Source: the human T2T-CHM13v2.0 reference genome, Homo sapiens
DNA length: 64,000 nucleotides
Strand: one strand, 5' to 3'
Assembly (NCBI RefSeq): GCF_009914755.1
Contig: NC_060930.1
Positions 58,031 through 64,000 of the stretch are shown in pieces. The position numbers and the translations under genes are program-made. Numbering within the stretch: the stretch's first letter is position 1; the number at the start of each line of letters is the position of its first letter. The notes under the pieces were generated by a model that worked only from the letters and a program-made list of their open reading frames with translations, was not told the DNA's origin and did no database searches.

Positions 58031-61000
58031 AATAAAAAAACCCCGGGGTTTTATGTTTATAACAGGAAAGACAAATATGTGACTAGACATTGCTAATTGA
58101 CCTACGGTACCCTTTCTCCCAGATTCTGTAACATAGTTCTCAGCACCATTCTCAGTTATCCATCATTAGCCTTCAGATGGAAACTTCTTTTATACCCCTG
58201 GTTTAAAAAGTAATTTTTTGTACCTAGCTTATTTCATTTAGGAAATTAAGGCTCAAATAGGTTTAGCAAATTTTATTTTTTTATTCTTTCTTTTAAATCA
58301 TTCACTTCACAATACTTATTGAGAATTTAGAATACAAGAAGCAATATTTTGTACAAGGTTTTGCCCAACATGTCTCCAGAACTTTGATTTTGTGCTATGC
58401 TTGGTCATAATATATTTTTCAATATATATTTGCAGAATTTAATTCAATAGAGAGCTTAAAACTGATTTAAATTACTTTATGTAAGGCATATATGACAAAT
58501 GTAGGTGGGATGATTATAATGTAGATTATAGGATCGACTTAGAGGCTGAAGGGATTTCAGATTATCTATTCCAGGAACCTCATTTTGCAGATGAGGAAGT
58601 TAAAAACCGAGATATAATAGTTTGTTTTTCATGCATGCTTGAAGGATGAATAAAGGACTGATGGACTGAATCCTGCTGAACGTTATGTGAGTTTTTTTGT
58701 GGCACAGCAGATCTCTGAACCCAGTTCTTGGTCCAGGGCTCTTTCATCCCCACCTGTGATCCCCAAATGCATGCAATTAGAAACATCTGGGGATATTGCA
58801 AAACATGCTGGGAATGGTGTTCTGGGACTCATATTTTTATAATCCCCTTCCTCCTTAGGTAATTCTGCTGCACAGCCAAATTTGGGACCACTATGTACGT
58901 GATATTATTAGTATATGAATGTGCCTCAGTTTTAACTGAAGAGATAAGGAGGTTCCATATAATGTATGGAGAATACCATTTGTAGGACTTTCAAAGAAAC
59001 CCTCTACTTTTTGCTTAGCTACACAGTACCAGTCTGAGCTAAATCTCAATAAACTAAAGACTTGCTTCTGACATTTAATTAAATCCAACAGTTATTGACT
59101 ATGAGAGATAAAAAATGAATAAGATATACTTCTTAATATAGATTATTTAAATCCTGCTTAAATAGAGGACAATAAATTACAGAACCTTGATATTCCCCTG
59201 AATTTTAGATACTCATGATTTGTTGGGCTGTCAGCAATGTGTCTTATACCTTGCAAGGTGCACAGGGATGTTTGATTTGTTCTGATTTACTCTCACATGA
59301 AAGTATCAGCTTTTTCACTTAAACTGTCATGGAATTATCTACCAGTACTCAAAGTACTCTTTCATTATTTACATTCTCTGGATGATTGGAAGAAGAAATG
59401 GAAAACAAGCATCATATATTTTCTCTCCCATATTTTCAGATTGAGCAGTGATATATTTCATTATATAAAATATAATAATTATAAAACAGATTTAATTTTT
59501 CTATGGAGGTAGCAAGCTGTTTCCATAGCAAGCTCTGCTTTTCCTGACCAGCTTTCCCTTTCTGTACCTTATATTTTATCCAAAATTATCTGTCAGCAGT
59601 AAAATATTCTATCCATAGACAATTCTCTATATGCTCTTCACAGAATGTTCAGCCTAACATAGTTTATGTCAGGGGGCATAGACATTCATTTCTCACATTT
59701 ATGGAGAGGAGAAAGGGAAAGAAACATTTTAGACGGTTGTTAGACTCCAACAGCCATTGGGAGATCCAATGTACACTGGGTGCAATATATATTTTTATAT
59801 TTGTTTTTTAATGCTCTACCAGAAATGTTTTATAGAAAGAACAGGACAAAGATTCAACTGACAGAACAACATATGTGTGTATAATTTTTCCCCAGAGGAA
59901 AAAACTAGGGATTTTAAGGAGAGGGAAGTCTGTGTCATTGTTAGTGTCAGCGACAGTTGTCTCTCTTATCTGCTATGGCAGGGAAGATGCAGGGGTGGGT
60001 GTGGAGGGCAAGTGATGGGTGCGGGTAATAATTGGGGGTGGAGGGGAGCTGAGTGCTGGATGAGTGAGGAGATAGGAATGGGGCGATTTGCCTTGGGTTC
60101 ACGCTAAGCTTCCAATAAATGTAGGAATCTGCATTTCTTGTTCATACTGTGTTACGGGCAATTAATACAGCACCTGGCACATATGAGCTATTTTTTTAAA
60201 ACATGTTGAATAAATGTATACTTGAAAATGTATGTTGAATATCTGCTTACAGAATTATGCCATACTTTTTGGGAAAAATTAAGGTTAATAAATAGGATGA
60301 GTGGTATTTAGATGTGTGTATTGCTTCTAGCATAATATTATGGATACAACTGGCACATAAGGAAGTTCTGTGGCCCAACCTCTAGCATGGATGTTGAGTT
60401 AAGTCTTACATATTTTAATATTTTAAATACATTTGAAATAACTAACCACACCTTTTTTTAATTTTTAGGAAAGCGTGCTCTTATTTTCATTTTCCATTAA
60501 ACAATTTTTCCTGAGAATGAGAAATTTCATCCAAAATCAAAGTTATTCCAAAATCATGACTTTCAATTCCTAACATGTCGTGTTAACTTTATTATTCTTT
60601 CTTTTATAGATATCAACTCTTGGATTGAAATTTTAAATGCAAATTCAATGAGTCTTTCACTGAGTGGTATGTGTTTGTGTTTGTGGGAACAGAATTGAAG
60701 GGCTGGGGAGGTGTGCTTCTTTTCTGACAGCACGTAGGCAGCATGTAGAGCAATAAATAATTTCCCTCGGCAGCTGTAAAGTTGGGTAATATGTGGTTTT
60801 ACATTTATAAATCAAATGGAATATAAATGATTGCCAACTAAAATGAAAACATAACTGTAATGAAATAACTTGAGGAAATGGAAGCTGGATTGCCAGTAGG
60901 GAAAGAAATGTGTATTTACTTTATTTAGTGAATTTTAATGAATTGTATTTATACACATATGCTTATTAAATAAAAAGTCAAAACAATTGAATTTACTCAA

Positions 61001-62934
61001 TTACTAAATTGATTTGAAGGGAAGCAGTTAGAGACTAATCAGTGAGAAGAACCCTCCAACTGATTCATTGGTTAGTTAACATATTTACTGTTTACATGAA
61101 TTCAGTCTCACTTAAAACCATACAAAGAATGCTTTCAAAAATAGCCAGATTAGAACTCATATTTCTCATCTTGGTGGCATAATGGGAAAGTTGACATGTT
61201 TGGAATGCAGTATCTTTCTATATAATTAGCTATTTTAAAAAGTTTATTTTTCTAAAACTATCTCACACAGGACAATCTGGACACAGAGACCACAGGTTCT
61301 GACATTTACAGGGACACACAGGTGAGGCTACAAGGGTAACTGTGCAAGAACCTGAGTGAGTGGGAACTGGCACCCTCTCCAGCCAACTGTGGTCATGGGA
61401 GAAGGTAGACCTGCTGTTGCCAGGTCTCTTATTTAAAGAAAAAAATAGAAATCAGAAATTGTATGTGAAACGTCCCTGTCTTTACATTGCAGCAACTAAT
61501 TAATTTTTTGAAACACCATATAGACCCAACAAAGCCTAACTGTGCCCAAGCTGCTAGTTTGAGAGCACTGCCTTAGATAGTCAAGTGTAGTGGCAAGAAT
61601 ACAACCATTAGAACTGGACTTCCTGGGTTCTAACTAAGCAAGAATTTAATGTAGAACCTTCGGCATGTCACGCTTTTACTCAGGGCCTTCTCATTTTTAA
61701 AATTAGGGATTTGTGCCAAGTGATATGTAATTGAGTAGCTTTTAAACTTTCGCAACATCTGTGCTTTCACAAGGAACAGTAACTGATCTTCAGTCATTAA
61801 CATTTTCGTTTTCACTGTGAACTATGCGATTTCTCCAAATATTTGAAATCTGCCTACTATTGGCTTCTCTGAGAGTTGTTTATGAACATTTGTTGAAACT
61901 GACCAGAGAAAATACTGTCAACTTGTCTCTGAGTCTAAGCAAATTGTTAGCAGAGTTTCAGTACTTGGCTATCTCCTGCTGTAGTAAACATATTAATAAG
62001 CTCTCACCAGAAGAACTGTGAACAGATGCAGTTCTTGAAAACACAGTGTCCTTGTCACATTTACTTGTCTGTCTCTCCTAGTGAGCAAGCCTTGCTTGTG
62101 GTATCCTAGTAAATATTCTGTTTTTTATGTCATAGCCAGATCATAGTTCAATTCAGTACAAAAATCACTGTAACCAGTAACTTTGATACACAGAGCCTAA
62201 GTCATAAGGGAAGATACACAATGCCATGTAATGAGAAGACTTTTTATCTTTTTCATCCTGTCACACAATTTCTTGTATTCTGTGACACAATTCCTTGGAG
62301 CCAGAAATAAGAATAGTACATTGCCTTTGTAGCCACTTTTCAATGTAGAACTTCAGATGCTTCAAATACGATAAATGCCTCTACACAACATCTTGTATCA
62401 TAAATTGGGAACTATCCCCAGTGTAGCGGAATAACCTAGGCATCACACATAAGCACCTCTGTCTTCACTGATAACTAGCTGAGTAACCTTGAAAACGGCA
62501 CACCTTTTTGAATTTCCATTTTATCTTTTATAAAGATGCTACATTAAAAAATGTGATAGGGTAGTTGAGAGGATCACAAGAAAGCAATTAGATATGAAAG
62601 TGCTTTGCAAAAACATAGAGCACTGTATATCAGCGAGATAACATACCAATCAATCTCTTAACTCATTCAAACATAAGGAATAGAAGTACAACTTGAATAA
62701 AGCAGCTTGTTGAATCCTAAAGAATTGCATAATTCTTTGGGATTTGGAATTGACCTCCTTGTTCTCTTCTACCATTCCTTCTTTCCCCATTTTAAACCAT
62801 GTCTTATTTCTCAACCATTTAATTAATTTGTGACACTGAGTATATGGAATCAAACTCAGAATCTCAGAGAAAAAGATTTGATATGTTCCCTGAAGAACTC
62901 TAAAGAAGATTACTTTGGTTTGACTTTTTAATTT

Positions 62935-63078
62935 TTTTTAAGAAATTTTTTATTTTCATTGGGTTTTGGTGAACAAGGAGTATTTGGTTACATGAGTAAA
63001 TTATTTAGTGGTGATATGTGAGATTTTGGTGCACCCATCACCCAAGCAGTATACACTGAACCCAATTTGTAGTTTTTT
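62935..63078 (-). mobile_element. L1PB 3'-end fragment
   Basis: TTTGGTTACATGAGTAAATTATTTAGTGGTGATATGTGAGATTTTGGTGCACCCATCACCCAAGCAGTATACACTG. Confidence 0.85.
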
Positions 63079-63332
63079 GGATTTACTTTTTTAAAAGAGT
63101 TATATATTTAATATTCATTTTTTCCGTCTCTCTGGACTTCTTCCAGTTTTTCCACATTAGTGTTAAAATTGAGGACTTCGGGTGATTGTAACATCACATA
63201 CAGAATTATGTAGATAACGAGCTGTCATCTTCTTTTTGCGTATTCTTACATGATAAACAGTTTCCTAAGTTTCTACCTAGTCTCAGTATTCATGATTTAG
63301 AGTGGTGGCATGATATTCTATAACTGGCTATA

Positions 63333-64000
63333 CAGGTGTACCTCAGAGATGTTTTGGATTCAGTCCTAGACCACTGCAATAAAGCAAATATTGCGATAAG
63401 TGAGTCACACCTATTTTTTGGTTTTCAGTGTATATTAAACTTATGTTTACACTATACTATAATTTTTTAAGTGTGAAATAGTATTATGCCTAAAAGTGCA
63501 TACCTTAATTAAAAACAGTTTACTGCTAAAAAATGCTAATGATCATCTGAGCTTTCAGCAAATTTTAATCTTTTTTGGTGGCTGAGGTCTTGCCTTGATG
63601 TTGATGGCTGCTGACTAATCAGGGTGGTTGTTGCTGAATGTTGGGGTGGCTGTGGCAATTTCTTAATATAAGACAACAATAAAGTTTGCCACATCAATTG
63701 ATTCGTCTTTTCATTAACGACTTCTCTGTAGCATACCATGCTGTTTGATAGCATTTTACCCATATTAGAACTTGTTTCAAAATTGGAGTCAATCCTCTCA
63801 ACCCTGCTGCTGCCTTGTCAACTAAGTTTATGTAATGGTCTCAATCATTTGTTGTCATTTCACAGCATCTTCACCAGGAGCAGATTTTGTCTTAAGATTC
63901 CATTTTCTTAGTTCATCCAGAAGAAGTAACTCTTCATCTGTTCAAGCTTTTTCATGAAATTGTATTAATTCAATCACATCTTCAGCCTCCACTTCTAATT
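63333..64000 (+). mobile_element. Tigger2 (TcMar) DNA transposon; runs off the right edge
   Basis: TA target, then CAGGTGTACCTCAGAGATG...AGACCACTGCAATAAAGC; minus-strand ORF 63536-63763 resembles the Tigger transposase C-terminus ([15 protein letters not shown]). Confidence 0.88.

Noticed and set aside
62258-62297. Imperfect 22-bp-period duplication (CTGTsACACAATTyCTTG x2)
   Set aside because: Ordinary small slippage duplication with no further structure.
63536-63763. 75-aa transposase-like ORF
   Set aside because: Decayed Tigger2 C-terminal fragment without the catalytic region in view.

Overview
Primate DNA, very likely human (AluY, L1PA, THE1; receptor N-terminus matches human mGluR1 as I recall it), covering the 5' end of GRM1 (metabotropic glutamate receptor 1) on the + strand. 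Bases 1-30200 are transposon-saturated upstream DNA, including a MER58B split across ~14 kb by nested insertions and two THE1/MST-type MaLR proviruses. Bases ~32700-35300 hold the CpG-rich promoter region: a non-coding first exon (~32724-32870), an RE1/NRSE, an RFX X-box, a (GT)n tract and the first coding exon (ATG 34592, codons 1-233 plus 1 nt, donor after 35291). The rest is AT-rich intron with older repeats. GRM1 is the only protein-coding gene I can support; all other ORFs are decayed transposon fragments or noise. I see no new multi-gene system. The best candidates for undescribed elements are: a 37-bp pri-miRNA-like/ADAR-substrate hairpin in the intron (47283-47388); a sense-oriented THE1 provirus whose two LTRs both lack the poly(A) signal and splice donor, 2.6 kb upstream of exon 1; two short insertions templated from 2.1-2.4 kb away; and three ACTCAG|GT donors that could switch uORFs on and off. 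Repeat subfamily calls come from remembered consensus sequences, and their boundaries are approximate.
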